Assembly: GCA_000934665.2 (NCBI GenBank)
Contig: KZ538012.1
Location: 1-64,000, forward strand
DNA length: 64,000 bases
Source of the DNA: Catajapyx aquilonaris
Taxonomy: Eukaryota
Reading direction: 5' to 3'
This document shows positions 1-12,603 of the stretch, one piece after another; the first letter of the stretch is position 1, and each line of letters opens with the position of its first letter. The notes beneath the pieces were generated by a model. The model searched no databases. It had not been told where the DNA came from and saw only the letters and a program-made list of their open reading frames with translations. The position numbers and the translations under genes are program-made.

Positions 1-1858
1 TTCAAGAGGTGGAAAGTGTGATGCTGGTTTTTCGGTGGTGGTTCGGAGTTTGGCCGGTGAGAGCGTGTTTACCTGCTACTGTATCGAGGTGGGGGGGAAA
101 ATTGTGAGGATGTTTTGAGTGGGGCGCCACGATGCTGGAGGGTTTTATTGGGAGTGGAACTGTTTGGCCGGTAGGAGGTGTGTGGACTACCGGTGTATGG
201 CCTGAGTTGCCTAGGGGATCTAATGTTAAATTGAGCCAAACTTTAGTATTGGCATGTAACTATGTGGGTACTTACAATAAGTGTATAGAAAAATGTAATT
301 ACGGCAGATTACGGCCCTACCGTATTTCTATCTGACAATTTAGTTTACTATCCTGATAGCAATTTAGGTAGAAATAGCTGTTCGTCCTTTTGCAACGCTG
401 CACAAAATATGCGTCGCATATGTATGATTACACTGAGAACACTATATACAACACAAACGTATCAAGAATTACTTTTCATTGTTCAAAGAAGAGCGATAAA
501 CAACATTTTTTTAAACGATTTCCTGTCACTTTAGATAATAATCGGGGCAAATAACCGCACAACTATTTAGCTTACCTTATTGACATCCCAGCTGGTTCCG
601 AAATCTCTGCGCACTTGCGGTGCACACGAATTTTCACGTGGTGTGGGAGGTCCACAGAGAACGTCATGCTGGCCGCTGATTTACTTTTTACGTTGTAAAT
701 ATTCTCTTATACCCAGGTGACGCATCCTCACGCGTCTAATCTCCCTCCCCCGCTAGACCATATCTAATAGTTTCAAAATATTTATCAAGCAGCTGATCCA
801 ATGACACAATATGTGTCCATATTAATATAGGCGCCTATGCTCATAATTGGAGCGGCACTGTAAACATCGCATTTATAGGCACTATATGTAGCACGCACAG
901 TCTTCGTGCAAGTTGGCCTCCAAAACTCAACATATTATTGGAGGTTGCATTATTATTGGCTTTGTAGGCCTATTTGGGATGCTGTGCGCACCCACAGCTA
1001 TCCCACCCACTATATTGGGTTTCGCTTATGATGACTAATTCAAACGGTGCTTCCTATAAGCGGTGAACGGACAGAAATAGTTTTCCGTGGCGTGGGCGTG
1101 ACGTCACTTGTGCAATATCTTGATGACGTGTTGCCCCTGCTGACTTTTCAACGTGGGCAGATATCTCAGCGCAAGTAGGCAGAAATGAGCGTGGGTTTGG
1201 TGTGGAAATAAGGTTGAAAATTTTTGGAACAATAATTTTGGTACAGGGTGTTTTATATGAGGCGATCTGATCGATTTGATTCGTACTGTAAGTATGGGGT
1301 TTATGTAAAAACGTCACTGATTCTAGCCCTTACCCACCCCGCCCATCGCAACTGTTTAGTTTTAGAGGACGCCGACAGATGGCAAACGCTTCCATTTCAA
1401 TCAAGCTGAGCGAATAGAATATTTGAAAATATAACGCGGCTTATAGCTATAGCTAGGAAAGCTAGCAATACTATATAATTTAAGAACATATGTGCTGCAA
1501 GCTTGTGCCAAAAATAAACTCTGCAGGATATAATGAAATCTCTGAAAACACTAATTTTAATCAGTATGAGTCAGGAATCTGCAATGAGTGCTTATATGCT
1601 GACATGAGTTATATAAGAAATTGCAAGTTCTTTGACTTCCTGGTTTAAACGGTCGTGACGCCCGAACAAAGGCGATAAGCCAAGTGCAGGACAATGGCTC
1701 TTGGCTTCTGCACTTTGTAAACATTACTTATATAATGTGCATTCAGGAAATGCCAAGTGACTAGATATAACTCGCATAGTCAGCCGGTGGATGTAATGGG
1801 TGGTCAACCTCAGTGTACTTACTGGACAGCACGGAATTAATAAAAGTGGGAAGGTCAT

Positions 1859-1864
1859 TTTATT
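1859..1864 (-). terminator. Candidate polyadenylation signal (AATAAA) of the UGT gene
   Basis: Plus-strand TTTATT about 50 nt downstream of the UGT stop codon. Confidence 0.5.
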
Positions 1865-1913
1865 TACATGACTTGGCATAAATATATACATACAGCTTCT
1901 AATGTAATATATA

Positions 1914-2241
1914 CTATCTTCTTTTTTTCAGGTGTATCTTGTCCTTTCCGTTTGTTCCAAAGGCTTTGATCAGAACCTTTCCAACAGGTGATACCACATT
2001 ACGGAAAGTATATCTCAGCAGCATTCTAGTTACATAGAGTAAGACAACCCCCACGAGAACAAAGCACACAATAATGTCCAAGCACAGGACCTGCATCCAG
2101 TGCAGATGACGACTGGCCAAGCGCAGGTGGTCAGCTCCTCGGTGTCTGGAAACATACTCCACTAGCCATATGGCCCGATCTAGAGCCGACTGTGGTTGGT
2201 CCCAAAACAGGCTGCTCATGCGCTGCACATTGTCTCTGAAG
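1914..2241 (-). CDS. UGT coding exon 5 (TM helix, KKxx ER motif, stop)
   Basis: Acceptor ttttgtgacAG at 2242 (58-nt intron); FRDNVQRMSSLFWDQPQSALDRAIWLVEYV...LKKRR*. Confidence 0.95.
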
Positions 2242-4682
2242 CTGTCACAAAAATGAATGCATTAAATTGGTGTATACTGAAATTGTAATTTTTATTTACC
2301 TGCTGTTAGTAAGGACTTGAGCCATGGCCTCATAGATATCTTGGCTTCTGGAATTCTTTTCAAGTCCGACGGCCACACCTTTCTCCAGGAGTCTTTGCAA
2401 GACATCCACTTGATCGCCATAGATAGGCATTCCTACCATAGGGATTCCATGGCAGATGGCTTCCATTACACCGTGGAGGCCGCAATGTGTAAAGAACAGG
2501 CGAGTCTTTGGGTGCGCTGTGATACAAAATGAAGTGGTGGTCATTTAATTTAACTGCCAGTTTGTAACATGACAGGGTTAGGAGGAATATGTCCCTGTGC
2601 GACTAATTTTTTTGACTTGTCAGACTAATTTTCTTGTGAGGAGTTTTAGATACCAGTGAGTTACGCTGTTTTGTACTATGCCGCTTTGAGCATGAAACTA
2701 GACATGGGCGACCTCACTTCTATCATTTCTTTGGAAGAGCCAGAGATTAGTGTGGGGAGAATATAAGCCTAAACCACCCACCACCTAGTATACGATAATG
2801 TGAATACGCTACCTTCAGCTCATTGGGAGGTGGCGCCACGATTGAGTGTGTCAGAAGAATACACTACATCAGTATTTCGAAATTCGACACCGGTTTAAAA
2901 AAAAAGTATCTTACTATAAACAACGCAAGTATAAATTAAAATACATGTTTTTCATATAATAAGAATGGATGCGGGTAGACAGGCGATGCTCATGACCACG
3001 TGCAGCTGACCAGTTCCGTAACGCGCCAAATGTAAATGTAGGCCACACATTGCAAGTAGGGGACACTTTCAACTGCTTCCGGAGTGGACAAGCATGCAGG
3101 TGGGGGAAAACAATATGCAAACATGTTGTGTTCACTCTGACACAGATTGAGGCACGGCTAATGCTGACCCAGGGCACATGAAGGGGTTTCCATTGAACAG
3201 AGAGACAGAAAAAAATGTAGTTTTTTGACACAAATAAAACAGTTGTGTCACAACTACTCCTAATGTTTCATTAGCTTTGAATGAAAGTGATATGTATAAA
3301 GCAGTCAATTTTGCCTATCATACTTACCAAGCAAGTCCTGTTGAGGAAGCCATTTGTACAGCCTCACATTCTTGGGAAGTGGCTCATACTCTTCATCATA
3401 TTTGACCAAGACACGTTGTGGAAGGCGTCCAAATGCATTCATCAGGGCATGGAGAAGTTGTCGAGGGACCACTTTGGCATCAAAAGTGGCTCCCATTGTG
3501 AAGACAACTACTCCTGCATCTCCTGATCCTTCCACAAACTCTTCCATGTCCTACATCGAGTAAATTGAATCAATGAATAATCTAGAATAATAATGTAAGT
3601 GGCTTTCTGGGGTTCACAATAACTTCAATCAATATATTCCGGTGATTAATGGAGCATTTGACAGATCATTACTGTCAGGCTAAGTAAAGCCGTCTCATCT
3701 ACCTAGTCCATAAGTTTTACACTAATGAATGGCTGGGACTCACCTTTGGCAGAGGCCTTCTTTTTGTACATTGCATTCCTCCTACATTGACAAAAGTTGG
3801 TGGTAGTAGCCTGGGGTAGTCCAAACAGTAGTCTGAATTGAGCAAAATTCCTGAGATGTCAGCCAGCAACTGACTTGGATGCGGAGCACCTGGAAGATGC
3901 TTCTGGATCTCCTGGTGTGTGGTGTAGAACTGCACTGCCATCAACGCATATGAGGCAATCTTGTATACTGAGTTGTGCAGTCGCTGGAGGAACGTCATTC
4001 TGGCAGGCAGTCGTGACATGAAGGATGGCACATAGGATGCTGGGAGGGATGCTGGTGTCACATCCATCTCACCACCAACAGGTGGAAGGGCCCAGTAACC
4101 TACCACAGGTACACCTAAGTGATGAGCCAAGGCTAGCCCACATTCGTTGGTAGCCAGGTCCACTATTGCGACGTCCCACCTTTGCTTATGTAGCTCTCCC
4201 AACAACTTGGGGTTCCCTGTGATTACAAAACTGTGACTTTCCATACAAACACATGCAAATTCACCATGTGTCTCACCCAATAAGACGTCACACAGGACCT
4301 GATTAGTCCTGAATGCATCCAAAGGCAAATTCTTGATGCTGAGTCCACTTGACCAGAGGAGCTCCAGTGGCATGAAAAACTTAGCTTCCCTGTCTCGAGT
4401 CAGGTACGGCCATTTCCCTCGCCTGTTGTCCACCGTCAGCGTGTGAACGGTGAGGTTGGATTCGTGGAAGGAAACGTCGCGCACGTTGCGGAAGCGCACC
4501 ACTGTCACATGGTGTCCTCGAGAGTGCAGGGCCTCTCCCAGAACCTTCATCTGGGACACATGGCTCAGACCGAGTAATGGATGCAGGACCAGCACATTGG
4601 CTCCCTGCACTGCCTGCTGCTGTTGTGGCCCCAGCAACACCATCAGCAGCAGGATCAGGGGGAGCCAATGCCACCAACTCAT
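1914..4682 (-). CDS. UDP-glycosyltransferase (UDP-glucuronosyltransferase/UGT family, GT1), ER membrane type; 5 coding exons: 4682-4277, 4216-3744, 3550-3328, 2516-2300, 2241-1914; about 548 aa
   Basis: Manual splicing gives GT-AG introns with compatible phases (1,0,1,2) and a 1647-nt CDS. Features: signal peptide (MSWWHWLPLILLLMVLLG), catalytic His in HPLLGLSH, DVAIVD Asp, WLPQQDLLAHP, UGT signature FFTHCGLHGVMEAICHGIPMVGMPIYGDQ, C-terminal TM helix (LDIIVCFVLVGVVLLYV) and a KKRR-stop dilysine ER-retrieval end. Subfamily cannot be assigned without a search. Confidence 0.96.
2300..2516 (-). CDS. UGT coding exon 4 (UDP-sugar binding signature)
   Basis: AHPKTRLFFTHCGLHGVMEAICHGIPMVGMPIYGDQ; acceptor tatcacAG at 2517, donor AG|GTAAAT at 2299. 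Confidence 0.95.
3328..3550 (-). CDS. UGT coding exon 3
   Basis: DMEEFVEGSGDAGVVVFTMG...KWLPQQDLL; acceptor tgtAG at 3551, donor G|GTAAGT at 3327. Confidence 0.95.
3744..4216 (-). CDS. UGT coding exon 2
   Basis: Acceptor ttttgtaatcacAG at 4217, encodes NPKLL...RWDVAIVD...DYPRLLPPTFVNVGGMQCTKRRPLPK, donor AAG|GTGAGT at 3743. Confidence 0.9.
4277..4682 (-). CDS. UGT coding exon 1 (signal peptide, catalytic His)
   Basis: ATG at 4682 lies 1 nt after a strong acceptor (ctttttcttccaaaactcAG|G ATG). Donor G|GTGAGA at 4276. Confidence 0.88.
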
Positions 4683-5078
4683 CCTGAGTTTTGGAAGAAA
4701 AAGAGGTTTGTTGCATTGATGGCCATGTTCAGAGCTGGTGGGATGAGAAGGAGAGCGTATAGCATATTTTATGGAGTCATTTTTCTTGCGAAAGTGAAAA
4801 TAAATGCAGATACTGTGTTTCATATTAAAGGAGGTCATTAATCATCCGTGACGTTTTCTGCAGCGTGACGTGTAGGTGGAGGCCTTATAGACGATACTAA
4901 GGTGGATTTTTATGACCTTTGCACTTACAGGGGAAGACCCGCAACCTCGGGTCAACGGAATTGGCCAAAAATTGCTCAGTGGGTAAATCACATGCGTAGA
5001 ATTCACTGGTGAACGTAAAAAGACCCACTTCGCAGCCATACCGCCATCACATACATGTTAGTTTCTGTTAAATACATG

Positions 5079-6080
5079 TACTCTGAAGATAATTATATAA
5101 CATATTTTACAAATAATCACAGCTATACGTACACGTTCAGGGAAAACATAACGCATATCTTGGAAACTATTTTCCTTGTCTAGAAGTCCCTAAATCAATT
5201 TCCAAAAAAATCGCTGTAAATTCCATCGCCTATAGATTTTCGCTTGCACGTCTTACTCTGAAGATAAGGACAAGAACAAGAACAAGATATTTCACAAATA
5301 ATAACAGATACACTTACACGTTCATGCTCTACACTATGAATGCGTTGGAAACAATTTTCACTCGTCTAGAGGTCCCTAAATTTATTCTCAAAAGTAATAA
5401 CTTAAAATTCAATTACTATACTGTATACTGGCCAACCGTTAGGCCACCGCCTAGATTTGCCCTTACACATACTCTGAAGATAAGGACAATATATTTTACA
5501 AAATAATAACAGCTATACTTACATGTTCCTTGAAAATGCTATGAATGTGTTTGGAACAATTTTCCTCCTCCAGAAGTTCCTAAATTAATTTCCAAAAAGA
5601 TCGCTGTAAAAAAAATTCGAAATTCGAGAACTGCCGGCCAACTGTTAGGCTGATTTAATTATGAAATACATTAAAATATACTGAATATTAACCTTGAGAA
5701 CCTTGCCAGACGAATTTGCTGAAATTGTCGTACTTCGCGAGAAATAAATGCATTAGGGAGATTTCCAAAGTGACACTGAGGAAAGCCGCAGATAAGAAAT
5801 AATTTATTTCTCGCAAAGTACGACGATTTCAGCAAATCCGTCAGGAACTATTCTCAATATTGTTATTCCGTGTATTTTAACGTATCGCATAATTAAATCA
5901 GCCAAGTAGTTGGCCGGAAGTACTCGAATTTCGAGTTTTACAGCGATATTTTTGGAAATTAATTAAGTGACTTCTATAGATAAGGAAAATTGTTCCAGAC
6001 ACATTCACAGTGTTTTCCCTGATCGGGTAAGTATATCTGTAATTTTGTGTAAAATATCTTGTCCGTATATCTTCAGAGTA
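5079..6080. repeat. Foldback-like element: three diverged tandem units (about 175-215 bp) plus a long inverted repeat
   Basis: Units start with TACTCTGAAGAT at 5079, 5254 and 5470. 5470-5749 is mirrored in reverse complement at 5802-6080, which ends ATCTTCAGAGTA. Spacer is about 50 bp. Confidence 0.85.
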
Positions 6081-7279
6081 TTTTAAACCAAAATATTGCA
6101 TCAAGTTGATCAGTGGATATGGGTAGATCTAATGGCTTTACGAGTAGTTACTCTAGTTTGGCAGTTGGTGGCTTAACAGTTATATGGCTTCAGAGGCTTT
6201 AGTTACAAAATCAGGGTGAAAGTTTCCCACAATATTTACACTGGTATGAAACACGGAGGATATTTTTCAGGTAACATTATTGTCACGTACCGGCACCCTG
6301 TATGGCATGAAATTGCGTCAAGGCCAATCATGAGTATACACGCATATACACGCATATAAAACCGTACTGGAATGTCGGTTCTCTCTAAGTACCATACAGT
6401 ATTAGGTGAAACATATTTAACTGAGTGACACTTGCTTCAGTGCACACTTGACTCACATTAGTGGTCATAAGTGCTTGAAGTATTTTGGTGACTCACACTC
6501 ATGTAAGTTCCTCTCTAGTCACAATAAATCGATGTCACCTCTGGTGCTGATAGGCTACATACTCGCGATTGAAATTAATCGGATCTTTAACTTAAATATG
6601 ATTCAAAGGTAAAATGAGACCAACCAGACTTTTGTTACTTATTGTGTGATCTTGTGTGACTTTTGCGAACTGTTATGGAATGTAGGTAAATACTGTAGAT
6701 ATAATTTTACATGTGTGTGGATGCAACCTTTGAGCTGACTGTATTGGCTAATAGAACACTGCGTAATCAAGAAACTCGGCATAGGTGTTTTAAATTTTGT
6801 CTTTAAGAGCGTTGAATGACAGAAAATTTATAAATTTGGCTCCTGGTATTACGTACGGGGCAAGACCACTTCCTGTCACCATTGAAAATTTTTCCAATTG
6901 GCACCTTAGTTACTGTATTACATCATTATTGTAGTTGAGATCAGTCACATATAAAATGGGTAATAAGATGGGATTAATTGCATAAATTACCAATGGGAAT
7001 AGGGGAATATAATATTGGGTAATAATTTCTTCACATTTCGTCACTGACCACCGGCTGTGCAACTGTCGCTTTTGGAATCCCGACATTGTTTCCATTTAAA
7101 AAAGAAGTGAATTAATTATGCAAAGGCAAACTATTTCAAGGAGTTGAGACACTTGTGAATATATCAAAGTGAGCTTCGAAATGTTCGAATATACGGTAAA
7201 TACGACTATACTCGTAAAGTCAGACATTTTCAGTGGGAAAAAATAAAGTGTTACATCCTATACATTTTTCAACAATCAC

Positions 7280-7480
7280 TGCTTCATTGAAGAAAAATTA
7301 GTGTAATTCTTCGTAATGATAATGCACCTCAGGTATTTCCCTCTCTTTAACGCTTTCACATCTGGCATCTGGCGGAATAACCATTAATTTCAAGAACCAG
7401 CGAATGATGGCACTGTGATGTTCCAATTTCCTTGCGCAGTATATAGGAAATAGGAACTTCTGCTCTTTGCATGGACGAAT
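7280..7480 (-). pseudogene. Decayed hAT transposase C-terminal dimerisation-domain fragment
   Basis: Frameshifted FLKLMVIPPDARCE...ALKRGKYLRCII resembles the hAT motif L..IP.SSA.CERSFS.LKR.K.YLR (recalled consensus). Confidence 0.4.
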
Positions 7481-10400
7481 CTTAAACAACAGCACACTAG
7501 GCTTGAAAGTGAGACGTGATCAGTGCGTAACCATGCTCATTCTCTATAAACTCTGCAACTTCTAGAAGCAATGACATCGCCCAAGTTAAAACCATTATTA
7601 CAAACCTTTGTGCTTACGAAGTAAAGCATGGATATTTATAACTCTAAAGTACATTAATTTTGGCAGTATATTAAAGTTTGTACAATTTTTATACTCTGCA
7701 ACGATTACTCAGAAACACCTTGATTGTTACATACTCTGTATTTTGCTATTTCGTACAATAATGCGCAGTTGTTGATATAGTTGATATAGTACTGCACTAT
7801 CAACAAAAAGGCTTCCAAGATCAGGCGGAATAAAATGATGTAAATGTTGTTCGAAAATGTTGGAATTTTTCAAAAATCCAATTCCGCTTCAACACAGCTA
7901 TGCGAAATCGTTTACTGCCAAAAATTACCGCAGATTTCGCAAGTTTATGGTCATCGAATGCATCAAGGATCTAGGCGTTCTGGTTGCCATTAGGGAGGCA
8001 CTGGGATAGAACCTGACCTAGGTTTACTGTGGTTTCCCACGATCACTTCCGGTGCAATATTCCGGGATGGCTTCGTTTCATGATAGAGCAGGTGCCGTCG
8101 CGTCATTTCCATATTTTCCTACCCTTCTCTCTGAGAAAAGTAAGGGACGTAACAAATTAAAGCAAAAACATTAAAAAGTAGGGTTCCGTAAAAAAAAAAA
8201 TCGAATCTTTTATAGCCAATTAAAGTGAGCTATTAAACTCATCATCATTTTCAAACATGTTCCTGCACTGAAAAGACCACTATAATTATGTGGGTAATTA
8301 TAAGTTATAGACACGTGCAATGTAACTGGTTGGGCAAAATAATATTGAGGTAAACCAGAGATGTTTCAGAGTGTAGAGGATGAATCCCCATGGTCAAATC
8401 GTAATTTCATGATTTTGTCGAAATGTCTGATCCCTCTCAGGCTCCTATTGTGTGCCTTTGTGTGAGCCAATTTTTGCAACAATAAACTTTGGCAGGAATG
8501 TTGAAAGAATGTCCTCTCACGAAAAAACTATTTAGCAGCAGCTGACGTGTATTACACGCCGAAAAATTAAATGTTTGATAACGATGTATCTCTACATAAT
8601 TATACGGTGTTAATTAAAGGGTTAAAACAAAGTGTACTTTTAAAAGTTTTTTTTTCACATGCGTGTGGCTGATAATAATCTAGCTGTCTGCATAGTAATG
8701 CCGTAAAAAATGGTTTACAGTTAAGAAAGAGTGCATTTCGTTATCATTTAAATCTGAAACATACTATGCAGGTGTTTGGTCACTCAAATTTTAAAATAGC
8801 CCGCAAAGAGATAAGGGAAATAATAAAAATATGGTTTTAAAAACTCTGCCACGATACTAACAAAAAAGTGTAAAACAGTACGAGTAACTTGACCTCATAT
8901 ATAATAATATGCACATATTTTTATTCAAGGTAGGTCGTACTGTACCTGGCAGGTATTGCAGGTTACATGCTACACGTTTATGCGAGAGGAGGAAGGGCAT
9001 GTCGTGATAGCAACAGAAAACTTGAGTCCATCATTAGTTTTATAATGGTAATTATTTGGCATCAGGTCGCAACTGGGAAGAGAATGTAAATCCACGGTAA
9101 GTAGATCTCCTGATACTGGGCTAAGTGGTCTTGTGGACTTGAAAAGCTTAGAGATAGGTAGTTCAAAGCGTGCGTCTTGGAATCCTAGCCTCCAGGTCTA
9201 CTGACCGTCCAGGTTTTCCCTCTAGAGTCTAGATGACCTGCCCTTTCAACTTCTTAAGATTCCACTGTCCACCCTCTCTTTCCCATCCTTTCTCATCCCT
9301 GCCTGTCCCCTTGGGAAATTTCCTCCAGGGTAACTGTAAACCAATATAACACTCTTGGGATTCTGAACATTTCACCAATGAAGTCCGACCCTAATATCGT
9401 ATGTTTCTGTCGGTATACTGTATACACAGATGTCATCCTGCACAGTACGACAATTCAGGACCACGGCGGCCTACATATTTGGTATTGTCTGCAATTGAAA
9501 TAACACGTCAACATCTATCCGACTATTAAATATAAGAAAGTTTGTTCAAGAACAACTAACCTCATTAAAATATTGTTTGAATCGTAGCTAAATGTTTATT
9601 GCATCTTGTACGCTATTTTAAGCATGCGTTATTAAATTATTGTAGAAAAGTTATTCGAAAAGTTGTTGGAAATTTTCTAACTCTCATGTGACAAAGACTG
9701 AAAATGCCACACCATGTAGGATGTTGTCTAGCAGGATTTTCCGACTTTCTCTACACTTGTTTTATTTGCAAGCATATAACCATTTGTAACAGTAACCGTG
9801 CAACGAATATTTCCTTTGTTATTAAGGTCATGTATCATGTCCTTGGGTAATGTAACCGGGTCATTTCAGATTCTGTTATAATTTTGCCTGGCAAAAGGAA
9901 CAAGTTGAGAGAGGAATTAGACACCGACCCACTTTACATAGCTTCCGGATCTTCAGGGGAAAGTAAAATGTCAGACGATGTGGTGGGGGGAAAAAAAAGT
10001 AGAAGAAAAGCCGCCCACATTACGATTTTTTTTTGCCCTCATGTCAGGACTCCGGGTGATAACTAATTTGACATAACTGCACTTAGTTCAATGGCCTCAT
10101 TTATGTAGTAGGGCCTACTGTACAGACGGGAGAGAATAATATTCTCTACACTCTCACTCTCTCAGTACCGGTACCGTGCAATATGATACGTGAAGATGGA
10201 TTGACATACGTCTCACTGCAGAAATATTAAAATATGTGTTAGTTATTTTAACTAATAATTCAGGCAATATCATGAGAGCAGGTTGTTTTCGTATTGGCCA
10301 ACTAATTAAATTGAGACATGAACCGTGAGAAAAAACCCGCCACAATGTCAGTGAAAGGCAGTTATTATGCAGGTGTAATTTATTGTGTTATTTCTACAGA

Positions 10401-10818
10401 CAGGTTTTTCGTAAGCAGGAACTGATTTTTTTTTCCCTTCAGAACTTCAAACGGAGCACAAACTTTTCTGAAGGTATTTACCAAAGGGCTAAATATGGAC
10501 CTAGAAAATCCGGATCTAAATCCAGAGCTGCTTGAAGGGGACTTAGGAAAACTTTCGAACCGTTGATGTACCGTTAAGGCGACTAAAATTAGAGCGGGAG
10601 ATTTGGACACCAACTTTGTGGGATTTAGAGGAAAATACCAGCGTCTCCTTCCATCTTTCCATGCTTTCACTATAGAAACATGTCCCCCTTTTTAGTAATA
10701 GTTTTTCACTGTTATTTTTGTATATAAATTGCAATGTTCTGGAATATTTAAGTATGAATATCTAGGAAAATTTTTGTAGTTGCAAGTGCTGGATTGTATA
10801 TGCTGAGGAATAACTTAC

Positions 10819-10985
10819 CTGCGCAGTGGTCCCACAGAGAGCTTGGTTGAGCACCTACTGCCTCACTGACCCAAAACCTTCCTTTTCCTATCCACTTCCC
10901 TTTCCACTGAAGCCCCCGACTGTTCGTTCGTTTTCTCGTTGACACGCTTGGAAGTAGCTCTGGACACCTGCGTGCGCATCTGACT
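10819..10985 (-). promoter_or_regulatory. Candidate promoter and non-coding first exon (possibly of the UGT gene)
   Basis: On the minus strand, TGACGTCA (10985-10992) overlaps an arthropod initiator-like TCAGTC. A purine-rich leader follows, ending in a perfect CAG|GTAAGT donor at 10818. Confidence 0.4.
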
Positions 10986-11352
10986 GACGTCATTAACGGG
11001 ATTCAATTCAAACGTGCTTTCAGACCTACATTTTGGAACCACATGTACCATATTTACATTATCTTCAGAAAAGTCGGAATCGTAACGCTGTTTTTGCTAG
11101 ACTGCACATCTGTATAACTTTCAGCTTTTCCCCCCTTTCTTTTCTGTTTGCTTGGAATAATGGCTGCGATAATTTCTAATGCATGTTTACCGTAATGATT
11201 GCGTTTTAGATGTTAGGTGTGACAATGTTCTTGTTGGCAGAATAGGGTTTGTGTTTCCATGAACTTAAAATATGGCCATGTTTTATAACAGCTCTGGTGA
11301 CAACTGACAAGATGTTTTTTGAGAAGTATGTCTATTGTGGACTTACATCAGT

Positions 11353-11620
<268 letters not shown>

Positions 11621-12603
11621 CAGACAAGATTCCCCCGATCCTTGCCATACGATGCGCGAGAGCAGAGATAGGACGCAAGCGACCGAATTTCCTGAACACC
11701 AGCACCACATGACCAGTTGCCATGTCGCAGCTGCAGTGACAGAATTATTTTGTATTTAAAAATAAGGGAAAATCTCCGATTATTATGTATAAGGTACACA
11801 ACACGTAATCCGACATAATCGGAGATTTCCTCCGTAATTTAACTTGTATTCAGTCTCCCTTATGTGACATTATGAATGTTTAGATTTACAAAGGGTTTAC
11901 TCTTAATCCTTTCCCTTTTTTGACACGCAGGCAGGTATCCGAGTTGCGCACCTGAGCGTCCCTTGCCGGATATAATTATGAGATTGCTGTATCTTCTTCT
12001 CTTAGCGAGTGTTACGAAAATAGTAGGAATGACAACTTTCATACAATTCTTTTACACGTAGGGCTGGTGGTTGAACTTTGGCCGGCATTTTCTGGGCACA
12101 AAATCTCGCATGAACACTGAAATCAATGCATGAGTGAACATGTCGTCAAATAATCTCCCAGTTGTAACCAGATGTTTAAAGCTGAGTAAATGTTAAGGTA
12201 AATTCTGTCCTGCAGTAGACAAAAGAGCTGGTGCTTCGAACGCGGTACCTCAGAGGCGAAAGGTTGTGGCGCTAACCACTACACCACCTCTTGTAAAGAG
12301 ACAATGAAATCACCACAGTCCACATTCTCACACGTTAGTATCTTGAAATCAGTCATGCATGATTGTGATCGTTCTGCGCTTCAGGTCTTCAAATACTGCT
12401 GTATATATTCACCGTCAACATCAAATTTAATGGACGCACCGAGGGGTCGGACATTCCGATATTTACGATATTCACCTTATATTGTAGATTCACCTGATTT
12501 TCCGACCCCTCGGAACGCACCCTTGGGATTTATTCTGCTAACCATTGACCTCAGATGCCAACGAGTTCCATGTGGAAATTCAATTGAATTCAGGACCTGA
12601 ATG

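Noticed and set aside
3717..4838. 373-aa ORF taken as a single exon starting at 4838
   Set aside because: The first 52 codons precede the signal peptide and contain a splice acceptor. The ORF also reads through a 60-nt intron and past the 3743 donor. The real start is most likely 4682.
9884..10670. Protein-like short ORF at 9884 and an acceptor-like site at 10442 on the plus strand
   Set aside because: All plus frames after the acceptor hit stops and no family resemblance was recognised.
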